Positions 56,031-64,000 of a DNA stretch of 64,000 nt are shown here, in pieces. The stretch comes from a virus. A model generated the notes under the pieces. The model searched no databases and was not told the DNA's origin. It saw nothing but the letters and a program-made list of their open reading frames with translations. Each line of letters begins with the position of its first letter. Position 1 is the stretch's first letter. The position numbers and the translations under genes are program-made. Where the stretch lies: the IMG/VR virus record IMGVR_UViG_3300027759_000063, positions 1-64,000 of that record; one strand, given 5' to 3'.

Positions 56031-56763
56031 TTATAATTCTCTCTGCAAATATTGCATGTCCTCGTGGACCAGCATGCATGCGATCCCTGGCATATTCTAC
56101 TTCTTCACGGCTTTTGGCAAACCAATCATGTGCATTGTAAGTCAAACAACGGATGCCCAGTCTGGTGCACAATCCTTCAACAGCTAAACGGTTACGTGCA
56201 TTATTTAAGTCTGCATTGCGATCATTCAAAAACCAAGTTTTAATATAACCATCTTGATCAGCACCGCCAATTTCACTGCTGGGCATGTAGGTATCATGCG
56301 TGTGATCAGTTTTTTCTGTTATCAAATCAAATCGATGTTTTGGGGGTGCTGCCATTACCACCAATTTAGGTTGTAGTATTGGCAGCCAATGCTCTGCTAT
56401 CATAAAACAAGTATCTGCGCTGGTCCCTCCCCAGGCCAGGTTATAATTTTTCAAGCCCAAGGCCTGTGATACCAAATAACTCCATGTGGCTTGTTCTGGT
56501 AACCCAATACCAATGGTATAACTACACCCCAGTGATACCATGCTAGTCGCTTGCGGATCAAACTCTTCAGATCTAAATCCTGAACTGTTAATACGATATG
56601 TTATAGCATCTGGTTCGAGCCAGCCTTTGGTGCGAAAATATTCTCGATATTCTTCATTCTGAATCAGTCGCTGAAAACTTTCTTCGGTGTCTGTGGGCAT
56701 CCACTGTAATGTTTTTCCAGCTGACTTTGTGCCAAAGTGCCAAAGTGTTTTATTTTTCTTCAT
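56008..56763 (-). CDS. SGNH/GDSL-like protein
   Basis: INSSGFRS, LGCSYTIGIG, NLAWGG, DRMHAG. Confidence 0.7.
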   Translation of the reverse strand: MKKNKTLWHFGTKSAGKTLQWMPTDTEESFQRLIQNEEYREYFRTKGWLEPDAITYRINSSGFRSEEFDPQATSMVSLGCSYTIGIGLPEQATWSYLVSQALGLKNYNLAWGGTSADTCFMIAEHWLPILQPKLVVMAAPPKHRFDLITEKTDHTHDTYMPSSEIGGADQDGYIKTWFLNDRNADLNNARNRLAVEGLCTRLGIRCLTYNAHDWFAKSREEVEYARDRMHAGPRGHAIFAERIINDFTNTK

Positions 56764-57904
56764 TATATTCCTTTACGATATTGGGCCACAGGTCCGCAAA
56801 CCTTGTGGTTTTCTTTAGTGTTGTTTCCATGTCTGTGTGCCAGGCCAATACATCGGGCACAAAATCCTGGTTGATCAAATAACTGTTGTCTTTCAATGTT
56901 GCACGATATCTGTTAAGCACCTCAACGTTGAGATTTATTTGGTTTTGTTTTTGATATTTTTCAACCACACGATCAATTTCATCTACCGCAAGTTGCCTTA
57001 ACCTGGCTGATTGGCGTCTAATATCTAGTGTCCAAGGATTGGTTAACTCGCACCAAAAGATACCCAAATTCTCTTTGGCACAAAAATCGTAGTATGCCAT
57101 GAGATCCAACGCACAATAAACGGAATAAGCCGGATGTGCTTTTATCAACAAATTGTGTTGTTTCATGACGTGAATATTTTTCACAAACTGCGCCCAGCTT
57201 GCACCATGACGTACATATTCAAATTTATCCGCGTCAGCGTTGTCAAAACTGATCATCCACTCCACTTGTGGCCAGGTCCTAAGCCGCTGGTAAATGGCAT
57301 TGGTTTCAAGATCCATGCTAAGATTTGTGGTGATCATAACCCGTGTTGTGGCAGGGTTGATATAGTCAAGAAACTGTTCTAGTCCTTTTTGCAACAAGGG
57401 TTCACCGCCGCCTAGGCTGAGTCCTTGAATGTTGTGCCCTTGTGTGCGGGCAAGTTCAATCAGGTCTGCGTGTTCATTTTTGACATGATTGATGGGAATC
57501 TTTTTTATGCTCTGCCAGGCTGTGCTGGTTTCAGGATTGCAGTACACACAGGCAAGATTGCACAGGTTACTCCAGTTTACCACTAAATGCTCTAGTTTAA
57601 AAAAGTCTGGGTCTGAGTCAATGGCTGCCAGGGTTTCCTGAGAAGTATACTTCACTGTGCGGCCACTAGACCCGGTGGTTTCTTCCAGTCGCTTACACCA
57701 CAAGCATCCAGGTGCCCACTCGCCTCGTGCCATGGCCTGCTTCATACTTGTGACCACTGGCCCTTTGATAATTTCTTGAATGGAGTTTTTCTTTGCATTG
57801 CCAATCATGTCCACACAATGAAAACATGGGCTAACTTCCCCTGCTTGATCAATATTAAGAGTGGTCCAAGGTGCAGGACAAAATGTAGGGCTTTGAGATA
57901 TCAT
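56750..57904 (-). CDS. radical SAM protein with N-terminal SPASM/twitch-like domain
   Basis: FCPAPW..VSPC..C..C; CNLACVYC; GGGEPL; ITTN. Confidence 0.88.
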   Translation of the reverse strand: MISQSPTFCPAPWTTLNIDQAGEVSPCFHCVDMIGNAKKNSIQEIIKGPVVTSMKQAMARGEWAPGCLWCKRLEETTGSSGRTVKYTSQETLAAIDSDPDFFKLEHLVVNWSNLCNLACVYCNPETSTAWQSIKKIPINHVKNEHADLIELARTQGHNIQGLSLGGGEPLLQKGLEQFLDYINPATTRVMITTNLSMDLETNAIYQRLRTWPQVEWMISFDNADADKFEYVRHGASWAQFVKNIHVMKQHNLLIKAHPAYSVYCALDLMAYYDFCAKENLGIFWCELTNPWTLDIRRQSARLRQLAVDEIDRVVEKYQKQNQINLNVEVLNRYRATLKDNSYLINQDFVPDVLAWHTDMETTLKKTTRFADLWPNIVKEYNEEK

Positions 57905-58440
57905 TTTGGGTGTATCCATGTGTATGAGGTTACTCTATAAGAGTCTGCGGGTGTAAGCATGGCATGCCATATCAGCGGCCTATATCCTGTGCTGTCTGCT
58001 TGATTGATCATGATATACCCAGCATTGGGCTGTTCTGGTGTTTGATAGCGCAAAGTTTTGGGATCCTTGTACCAGTAAAAGGCAGTGCCAGGACCCTGCC
58101 AGGTCAGATGCATGCTGCCCGGCATCTCGCCGTCGGTGTGCATGCCACAAGTGAATCCTGGTTCATCTAGCCACCATGCTGTGCCCGAGTAAGGGTGTAA
58201 TTTTCTACCCACACCCTGTTCCAGTGTTGACCATTGTTGACCGAGTTCACTGTGCCATTGATCAATCCAAGGTATAGCCGTGTCTGTTATGCGCCGTCGT
58301 GCCCAGTTTTCTTGTCCTTCTTGACGTTGCCAAGGTAGACTGATCCAGTCTGTGGTCAAGACTTGAGCAGCCAGTTCCTTACTCACAGCATGTGCTACCC
58401 TGAACAAATTCATTTCAGAATCTACTGCTGTCACAAGCAT
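57901..58440 (-). CDS. 2OG-Fe(II) dioxygenase-like protein
   Basis: HTD...WH...R.TSY. Confidence 0.7.
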   Translation of the reverse strand: MLVTAVDSEMNLFRVAHAVSKELAAQVLTTDWISLPWQRQEGQENWARRRITDTAIPWIDQWHSELGQQWSTLEQGVGRKLHPYSGTAWWLDEPGFTCGMHTDGEMPGSMHLTWQGPGTAFYWYKDPKTLRYQTPEQPNAGYIMINQADSTGYRPLIWHAMLTPADSYRVTSYTWIHPK

Positions 58441-59570
58441 TGTGCAATCTCCGGCCATAGTTGCGCAAACTTACCAGCGGTGTCAGGATGATACCGGGTT
58501 TCATTATCGTGTATGTGCTGGCGAAACTGCTGTGCAATTCTGCCACGTGCTTGTGCTACTGAATTGTAATTGCCTAATGCTTGATCAAAAAACTGATGTT
58601 CAGCTGGTGTAGCAATGTTCATGGTATAGAACCGTTCAATCTCTTGTGCAGCCAATTCAGCCACCCGAGGACCATGCAAGAAAGGATCAAGGTATTCGGG
58701 TTGAAACAAGTTTTGCCATAACACAGTGGCGCCTGCATCTTGCACAAACTGTCTAAACTCACAGATGCGTGTGGCATTGTACATGTTGTACACTGCATGA
58801 ACACCACCCCATTGGCCTTGTGACTTCATTAGGCCTTGTATAGTCTTCAAGTTCTCTTGCAACACAGTCCAGTTGCCGCCGTGACGCACATATTCAAAGC
58901 GATCCGCAATGTTGTCAAAGCTCATGCTCCAGCCCACTCGCTTGCGTTCGGCCAGCTTGCGGAATATCCGGTTGATCTGCAGATCCACATTCAAGTTGGT
59001 AATCAGGGTCACAATGGCAGTGTCTGGGATCACATCCAGCAGTCGGTTGTTTTCGGGCAACAACAGTGGCTCGCCACCTACCAAGGCAACTTCATGTATG
59101 TGTTCATAGTGCTGTTCAATAAAGTCACACACCTGTTCATAGTAAGGCCTTGCACCAGACTTAAACGGTATGTTTTTGATTCCTGCCCATTTTGAACTGC
59201 ATGCTTCGCCACAATAGTTGCAACTCAGGTTGCATGTGGTGTTCCAACGCACATCTACTATAACAGGATAGTGATACTGATCACCTGCGGCGGCATAATC
59301 AAAATCAGGATTAACATTGTTGTGCCAGGCACGTTCTGAATCTGCACCAAAGCGTTCGGCACGAACACAGTTAGAGCAATAGTCATGCGCTTGCCCTTGT
59401 GAGAGACTGGTGCGTATTTCTGCCATCAAGTCGGAATTGAGTACTTGTTCTATTGACTGTGAGTTGAGGTTGCCCAGCATGTTGGGGTTGCCAGCACAGC
59501 AGGTTTTAACATCGCCACGGGGATTGATATGCAGGCCACGCCAGGGCGCAGCACAGTAGAAATTGCTCAT
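58431..59570 (-). CDS. radical SAM protein with N-terminal SPASM/twitch-like domain
   Basis: YCAAPW..VKTCC..CSNC; CNLSCNYC; GGEPL; LITN. Confidence 0.9.
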   Translation of the reverse strand: MSNFYCAAPWRGLHINPRGDVKTCCAGNPNMLGNLNSQSIEQVLNSDLMAEIRTSLSQGQAHDYCSNCVRAERFGADSERAWHNNVNPDFDYAAAGDQYHYPVIVDVRWNTTCNLSCNYCGEACSSKWAGIKNIPFKSGARPYYEQVCDFIEQHYEHIHEVALVGGEPLLLPENNRLLDVIPDTAIVTLITNLNVDLQINRIFRKLAERKRVGWSMSFDNIADRFEYVRHGGNWTVLQENLKTIQGLMKSQGQWGGVHAVYNMYNATRICEFRQFVQDAGATVLWQNLFQPEYLDPFLHGPRVAELAAQEIERFYTMNIATPAEHQFFDQALGNYNSVAQARGRIAQQFRQHIHDNETRYHPDTAGKFAQLWPEIAQCL

Positions 59571-59588
59571 GCCTTATTTACGGCAGTG

Positions 59589-60026
59589 TTATTGACACCA
59601 ACTTGTTTTGGCTTCGCCGTAGTATTCTCTGGCATAGCCATTGGCAATCAACATTTGACGCAGGCTTTGCCCGTTGAGTATGACATCGCCCAACACACGC
59701 CCGCCATACTTGTCCCAGTCCATGAGCACAATTTGGCGTTGTGTGGCTTGTGCAATAGCATTTTTAGTAAATGCTGTGGCTGCTTGACCACGCTCATTTT
59801 CACTCTCGCACTGTGCTCGGTGCCCTTTTTCAGGAGTGTCCACACCAAACACACGGATGCTGAGTTCTTTCTTCAGTGGGTCTGGCAGGAACGGTGCGTG
59901 GAATGCCACTGTGTCCCCATCAATCACCCGAGTGATTTGTGCGTCATATGTGACACCAGGCTTTTGTTTGCCTTGGGCTATGGCCAACGCAGGAACAATG
60001 AGTAAGAGTAGGATGAGTTTTTTCAT
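59589..60026 (-). CDS. thermonuclease (SNase-like) with Sec signal peptide
   Basis: MKKLILLLLIVPALAIA; RVIDGDT, RVFGVDTPE, DKYGGRVLG. Confidence 0.88.
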   Translation of the reverse strand: MKKLILLLLIVPALAIAQGKQKPGVTYDAQITRVIDGDTVAFHAPFLPDPLKKELSIRVFGVDTPEKGHRAQCESENERGQAATAFTKNAIAQATQRQIVLMDWDKYGGRVLGDVILNGQSLRQMLIANGYAREYYGEAKTSWCQ

Positions 60027-60035
60027 GTTGAAATT

Positions 60036-61034
60036 TTAAGTTGTTATAACAATAATCTCACCTGTGGTGGGATTGTAGTACATGGGTGAGAATCCTGCAG
60101 GTATTGAGCCTGCAGTTGGCGCGGCAAAAGTCACACTGGTCACTGCTCGCACAGGTTTCACTGTGAATGTGTTGGCAGTGGTTTGATTCAAGTTGGCGTT
60201 TGTAGCGTTTATAATGATTGAATTGTTGGCTTGTGAGGTGCGACCAGCAAGGTAGCCAACAGCTACTGAATAGTTACCTTGTCCTGTTTCGGCTGCACCT
60301 GTTCCAATGGCCACTGCTTGAGTACCTTGTGAAGTTAAGCCGGCATTTTGACCAATAGCCACTGATTGAGTACCTTGTAACGCGGCTCCGGCCTGCGTAC
60401 CAATGGCTATTGTGTTGTTTCCTTGTCCCCCGGCACCATAGCCTACGGCCACTGCATTGATACCTTGATTGGTTAATCCAGCAATTGCACCAATAGCCAC
60501 TGCATTTTCACCCTGAAGGGTTTCACCAGCCCGACTGCCAACGGCTACTGAATTTATACCTTGGGTGCTATATCCGGCATTATTTCCAACTGCTACCGCG
60601 CCAACACCTTGTGAGGTTACAGCAGAACGCACACCAACAGCCACTGCATTATTGCCTTGTGACGCGGCTCCAGCCTGCGTACCAATGGCCACTGTATCTA
60701 TGCCTTGTGCGTTGCCGGCCGCGTAGCCAATGGCCACTGAGAAGTTACCTTGAACAATGCCAGCATTGGTTCCCAGGGCTATCTTACTAGGACCACTGGC
60801 ATTGTTTTTATCGCCCAATGTAGCCCAGGTTGTTGCAACAGCTGATGCCACCAGGGTCAATTGACCAACGTTGTTACCTACATATAACAACGGCGGATCT
60901 GTTTCAAGATTTACTACAAGTTCGCCTGGTCTAGCATTGCCGTCATAGTTGACCAGCGTTACTTGAGCATTGTCCTTCATTGCGGCACGGCTAATGCCTG
61001 TGATGTTGTCGTATGGTGGGGGTGGATTGGCCAT
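60036..61034 (-). CDS. fibre/adhesin-like protein with 15-aa QG-x-x-AVAIG-x-x-AG repeats
   Basis: About 12 tandem YadA-head-like repeats; late motif upstream. Confidence 0.7.
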   Translation of the reverse strand: MANPPPPYDNITGISRAAMKDNAQVTLVNYDGNARPGELVVNLETDPPLLYVGNNVGQLTLVASAVATTWATLGDKNNASGPSKIALGTNAGIVQGNFSVAIGYAAGNAQGIDTVAIGTQAGAASQGNNAVAVGVRSAVTSQGVGAVAVGNNAGYSTQGINSVAVGSRAGETLQGENAVAIGAIAGLTNQGINAVAVGYGAGGQGNNTIAIGTQAGAALQGTQSVAIGQNAGLTSQGTQAVAIGTGAAETGQGNYSVAVGYLAGRTSQANNSIIINATNANLNQTTANTFTVKPVRAVTSVTFAAPTAGSIPAGFSPMYYNPTTGEIIVITT

Positions 61035-61096
61035 GTTCTAAATATTCCTAGTTAGAGTATTTAGCAAAAACGCACTGTTGTTAAACTGCGGAAGAT

Positions 61097-61483
61097 TTAA
61101 CGAGGGTATCCAGCAAATGCCCGTACAGGACTTTGTTTCTGCACAGATGCAGGTTCCAGGCTGTTTGGTGTGCTGATTTGTACTTTTTTAACAGGCAAAC
61201 CAGCCATTTTCAATGCTTGATCAATTATGGGTTCAACACTGGCATTGAATCCACCAACCACTGCTTCTTCCCCAAACGCAGCCTTGGGCGACCAAGCCGG
61301 CAACTTAGCAGTGATGCCATCTGTGCCGGCGTCACTTCTGGCACGGGCCATGGCCACACCCAGTCGATAGATCTGATATGGATCGCTGGACTGTACTCCG
61401 GGCAATGTGAACACATGGTTCATGGGATCTGCTTGCTCAGGAGGCAGTGTTGTTTCTTCAGTGATAAACTCTCTGGCTCTCAT
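61097..61483 (-). CDS. putative internal head protein (MRAREFITE)
   Basis: Targeting-peptide-like N-terminus; paralogue of the next gene. Confidence 0.65.
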   Translation of the reverse strand: MRAREFITEETTLPPEQADPMNHVFTLPGVQSSDPYQIYRLGVAMARARSDAGTDGITAKLPAWSPKAAFGEEAVVGGFNASVEPIIDQALKMAGLPVKKVQISTPNSLEPASVQKQSPVRAFAGYPR

Positions 61484-61851
61484 CTGGGATAGCCCGCAAA
61501 TGCTTTTACAGGACTGCTTGTGTTCACAGCAGGATGTTCTTGACTGCGGAGGTCACCGTGATTTAAATCTTCATGATGACTGCCCACAGCCTTGTAGGCC
61601 ATTTTCATCATGTCTTGTTCTTCAGGGGTATACGGTGCGGCAATGTTGTTGCGTCCTGCCCAACTCTCGCCATCTATTTCAGGTACAAATGTGCCATCTG
61701 TTGAGGCCACAGCCATCATGATACGATTGAGTTCATACACACGGTCAGCAAATTGCGCATCACGAAACTTGTTCAAGCCCACTGTGCCTATGTCAAGTCG
61801 TTTGCTAATTTTGCCAACTTTGTCTTCAGCAACAAACTCTGTGGCTCTCAC
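61480..61851 (-). CDS. putative internal head protein (MRATEFVAE)
   Basis: Targeting-peptide-like N-terminus; shared SPV(R/K)AFAGYPR end. Confidence 0.65.
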   Translation of the reverse strand: MRATEFVAEDKVGKISKRLDIGTVGLNKFRDAQFADRVYELNRIMMAVASTDGTFVPEIDGESWAGRNNIAAPYTPEEQDMMKMAYKAVGSHHEDLNHGDLRSQEHPAVNTSSPVKAFAGYPR

Positions 61852-61853
61852 TG

Positions 61854-62180
61854 TTAAATTCCGTTGCTGCCTGCTGTGGCACTTGTGGCTGTGCCCAATG
61901 CGACGGCTGAAAAATTCGTGCCGGTTATGATCAAATAGTTGCCTGCGCCCACATAAATCTCTGTAGTAGTTCCGTTGGGCACACTTACTGCATTGGCATA
62001 TAGATTGCCAACTGCGCCAGCGCCCATGCTGGCATTGGCAGGTGTGCCATTTGCCTGTTGATAAGTCAACTGCACAGCTTGAACTTGATAGGTAACATTG
62101 TTACTTTCAGAATTGATCTGTGCTTTGTCTGTGGTCCACAACACATTGCCTGCTGTGTCTTTGACTACTTGAACAGCCAT
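61854..62180 (-). CDS. small beta-rich structural protein
   Basis: Ala/Thr/Asn-rich 108 aa. Confidence 0.6.
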   Translation of the reverse strand: MAVQVVKDTAGNVLWTTDKAQINSESNNVTYQVQAVQLTYQQANGTPANASMGAGAVGNLYANAVSVPNGTTTEIYVGAGNYLIITGTNFSAVALGTATSATAGSNGI

Positions 62181-62368
62181 TATTGATCACCTTCAGGGTT
62201 GGAGACTATGGGTTGAAATATTTCTCGTGCTTGGTACATTACACCTGGAATTTCCACAGGTGTTTGTTTCACGCTGGGCACAGCAGGTGGCACATAATTG
62301 TTGGCATTGCGCTGAGAAATTTCTGCTGCTACTTCACTGTAGGGTCTCATCATGTTGTTTGAACTCAT
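62180..62368 (-). CDS. hypothetical protein, 62 aa
   Basis: Start MSSNNMM after AAGGA SD; TAATG coupling downstream. Confidence 0.55.
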   Translation of the reverse strand: MSSNNMMRPYSEVAAEISQRNANNYVPPAVPSVKQTPVEIPGVMYQAREIFQPIVSNPEGDQ

Positions 62369-62372
62369 GTTA

Positions 62373-64000
62373 TTATCCTTTGTATGCTTGCCACTGGTTG
62401 GTGAGAGCAAAAATGCTTTCATCAATATCTTTTTTCTTGATTGCATTTGTTCCTGGAATGGTGTCACCAATTTTTACATCATCGTCTTTGAGTCCTTTGG
62501 TGAACAAGTTGCCTTCTTCAGTTTTTTGTTCGTCCATGGGCTTTTTCTTTACGCCTGCAATTTCCATCATTCTGCGAATGCTTTCTTTTACTGTGTCTTC
62601 TTCTTCGTCGGCATCAGCAGCAGCGTCTTTCATGGACTCTTCTTTGTCGCCGTCCTTGTCAAGATCAATGTAATCAGGCTTGGCTGCTTCTGCAAGTCCG
62701 GCCATTTCCATCATTCTACGCAAGGCATCTTCATCTTGTGTGTGCGCAGCCACAACAGGCACAGTGGTTTGTCCATCACCTGCAACGTCTGTCTTGGGCC
62801 TGTTCAAGCCACCTGCATAGCCAAAGTTGTTGTCAGCCTGTTCAGTGTTGGTGGGATAGTCTGGAGCATTGTCGTCCACTGCTTCTTGTACATCGCCGCA
62901 ACCACAGTCTGGCATGCCGCATGTGGCACATGGCTCTTCACCATGTGAGTGCATGTCGCCACCGTGTGCATCTCCGCTGCCAAGCCCGGCGTTCTTCAGC
63001 ATTATGCCCAGTTTCAGTGCGTCTTCATCTGTGGCAGTTATGGTCAAACTTTTTCCACCTTCGGTTGAGTCACTCATGTTGATGGTCATTGATTCGGCAA
63101 TCATGTTTTCTAATTCACGATTCATTGAATCGTAAATGCCTTTGCCAACCATGCCGGCGCCGCCGCTTTTGGCAGCAGAACTTGTGGCAACTGAACCACT
63201 AGTGGTTGACTCTTCAACATCTTCCTCTTTCTTTTTGCTCTTGGCCTTGTCAGGCAAGCCTTTGTGTTTGGTCTTGGCAAAATCTTCAACGTCTTTTGGC
63301 TTCATGGTGCTGGCAACTTTTTTAAGTTCTTTGCTGGCGCCCTTGACCTTTTCACCTTTTTGCATGGCATGTGCCATGCCCATGAACTTTTGTTGTTGCT
63401 TGCTTACTGCTTTTTCAGCAATGGGTTCTTCTTCATCATCTTCTTCTTGATTCTGCATGTACTCGTCGATAGAGATCATCATGCCTTCGATCTTGGACAA
63501 CTTTGATTGTACCCATTCTGGCAAGTTGTCGTTGTCACCCAACACTTTGCTCAAGGCCTGCGCATGACGCACAATGGTCTTGATGTCATCTTTGGCCATG
63601 TCGCCTTCTTGATCGTATTCGCCTTGATCACGGATGTCTACTTCGCCTTCTTTGGTCATCAACTTGGAACGACCGCTGGGTCCTTTGGCACCAATGGCGC
63701 CTTTGGTACCTTTTGGACGTCCACGTCCACGCGGTCCTGCTTGTGTGTCAGAATCATCATCTGCGCCAACACTATTGCCTTGGTCGTCTACTCTGCGTGT
63801 TACCATACGGCCTGTGGCAGTATGTTTGATGTCGTGTTTGTGACCGCGTTCAATGCTGCCAACTTTAGGAGCAGCAGCTCTTGGTGTGCTCATGTCAAAT
63901 GCAGTGCCTTTGGATTTTTCTTCATCCATCTCAGCATTACGACCTTTGCCGCCGCCCAGGGCTTTACGCATGGCTTCAGCGGCCACGTCACCCAGCATTT
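62373..64000 (-). CDS. 5'-truncated modular putative internal/core protein
   Basis: x-x-E linkers; AT-hook RGRGRPKG; DUF3008-like KAVSKQQQKFMG..KTKHKGLP; DLDKDGDKEE. Confidence 0.65.
   Translation of the reverse strand, partial: MLGDVAAEAMRKALGGGKGRNAEMDEEKSKGTAFDMSTPRAAAPKVGSIERGHKHDIKHTATGRMVTRRVDDQGNSVGADDDSDTQAGPRGRGRPKGTKGAIGAKGPSGRSKLMTKEGEVDIRDQGEYDQEGDMAKDDIKTIVRHAQALSKVLGDNDNLPEWVQSKLSKIEGMMISIDEYMQNQEEDDEEEPIAEKAVSKQQQKFMGMAHAMQKGEKVKGASKELKKVASTMKPKDVEDFAKTKHKGLPDKAKSKKKEEDVEESTTSGSVATSSAAKSGGAGMVGKGIYDSMNRELENMIAESMTINMSDSTEGGKSLTITATDEDALKLGIMLKNAGLGSGDAHGGDMHSHGEEPCATCGMPDCGCGDVQEAVDDNAPDYPTNTEQADNNFGYAGGLNRPKTDVAGDGQTTVPVVAAHTQDEDALRRMMEMAGLAEAAKPDYIDLDKDGDKEESMKDAAADADEEEDTVKESIRRMMEIAGVKKKPMDEQKTEEGNLFTKGLKDDDVKIGDTIPGTNAIKKKDIDESIFALTNQWQAYKG

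Noticed and set aside
1-64000. Alternative genetic code, tRNA genes, diversity-generating retroelement
   Set aside because: Core genes are full length in the standard code; no cloverleaf, reverse transcriptase or TR/VR pair was recognised by eye (tRNAscan-SE not run)

Overview
64 kb internal segment of a large T4-like (myovirus-type) dsDNA phage; almost all genes lie on the minus strand and the standard genetic code fits. Core genes: ATP-dependent DNA ligase, NrdA/NrdB/glutaredoxin, gp41-like helicase, gp61-like primase, clamp-loader small subunit, UvsW, UvsX, UvsY, gp32-like SSB, terminase large subunit, PAAR and fibre/baseplate-type proteins. IscU and IscA suggest a proteobacterial host (inference). 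Two promoter classes are visible: sigma70-type TTGACN-17-TATAAT and a TAAATA late-type motif. Many genes appear leaderless. Most notable observations: (1) a set of putative capsid-packaged proteins with T4-IP-like N-terminal targeting peptides and modular architecture separated by hydrophobic-x-Glu linkers, including a 637-aa Pol-beta nucleotidyltransferase + RNA-ligase-like fusion and a ~1075-aa polyprotein with an RyR-like module; (2) a 192-aa stand-alone DnaE catalytic core; (3) a PRMT7-like arginine methyltransferase between nrdA and nrdB; (4) six copies of a promoter/RBS module (five with an upstream palindrome) heading single small genes; (5) late-promoter-driven glycosylation and radical-SAM/2OG/SGNH tailoring clusters with phage-encoded Fe-S supply. 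No tRNA, rRNA, CRISPR array, integrase, reverse transcriptase or intein was recognised. All family calls are by motif recognition, not database search.
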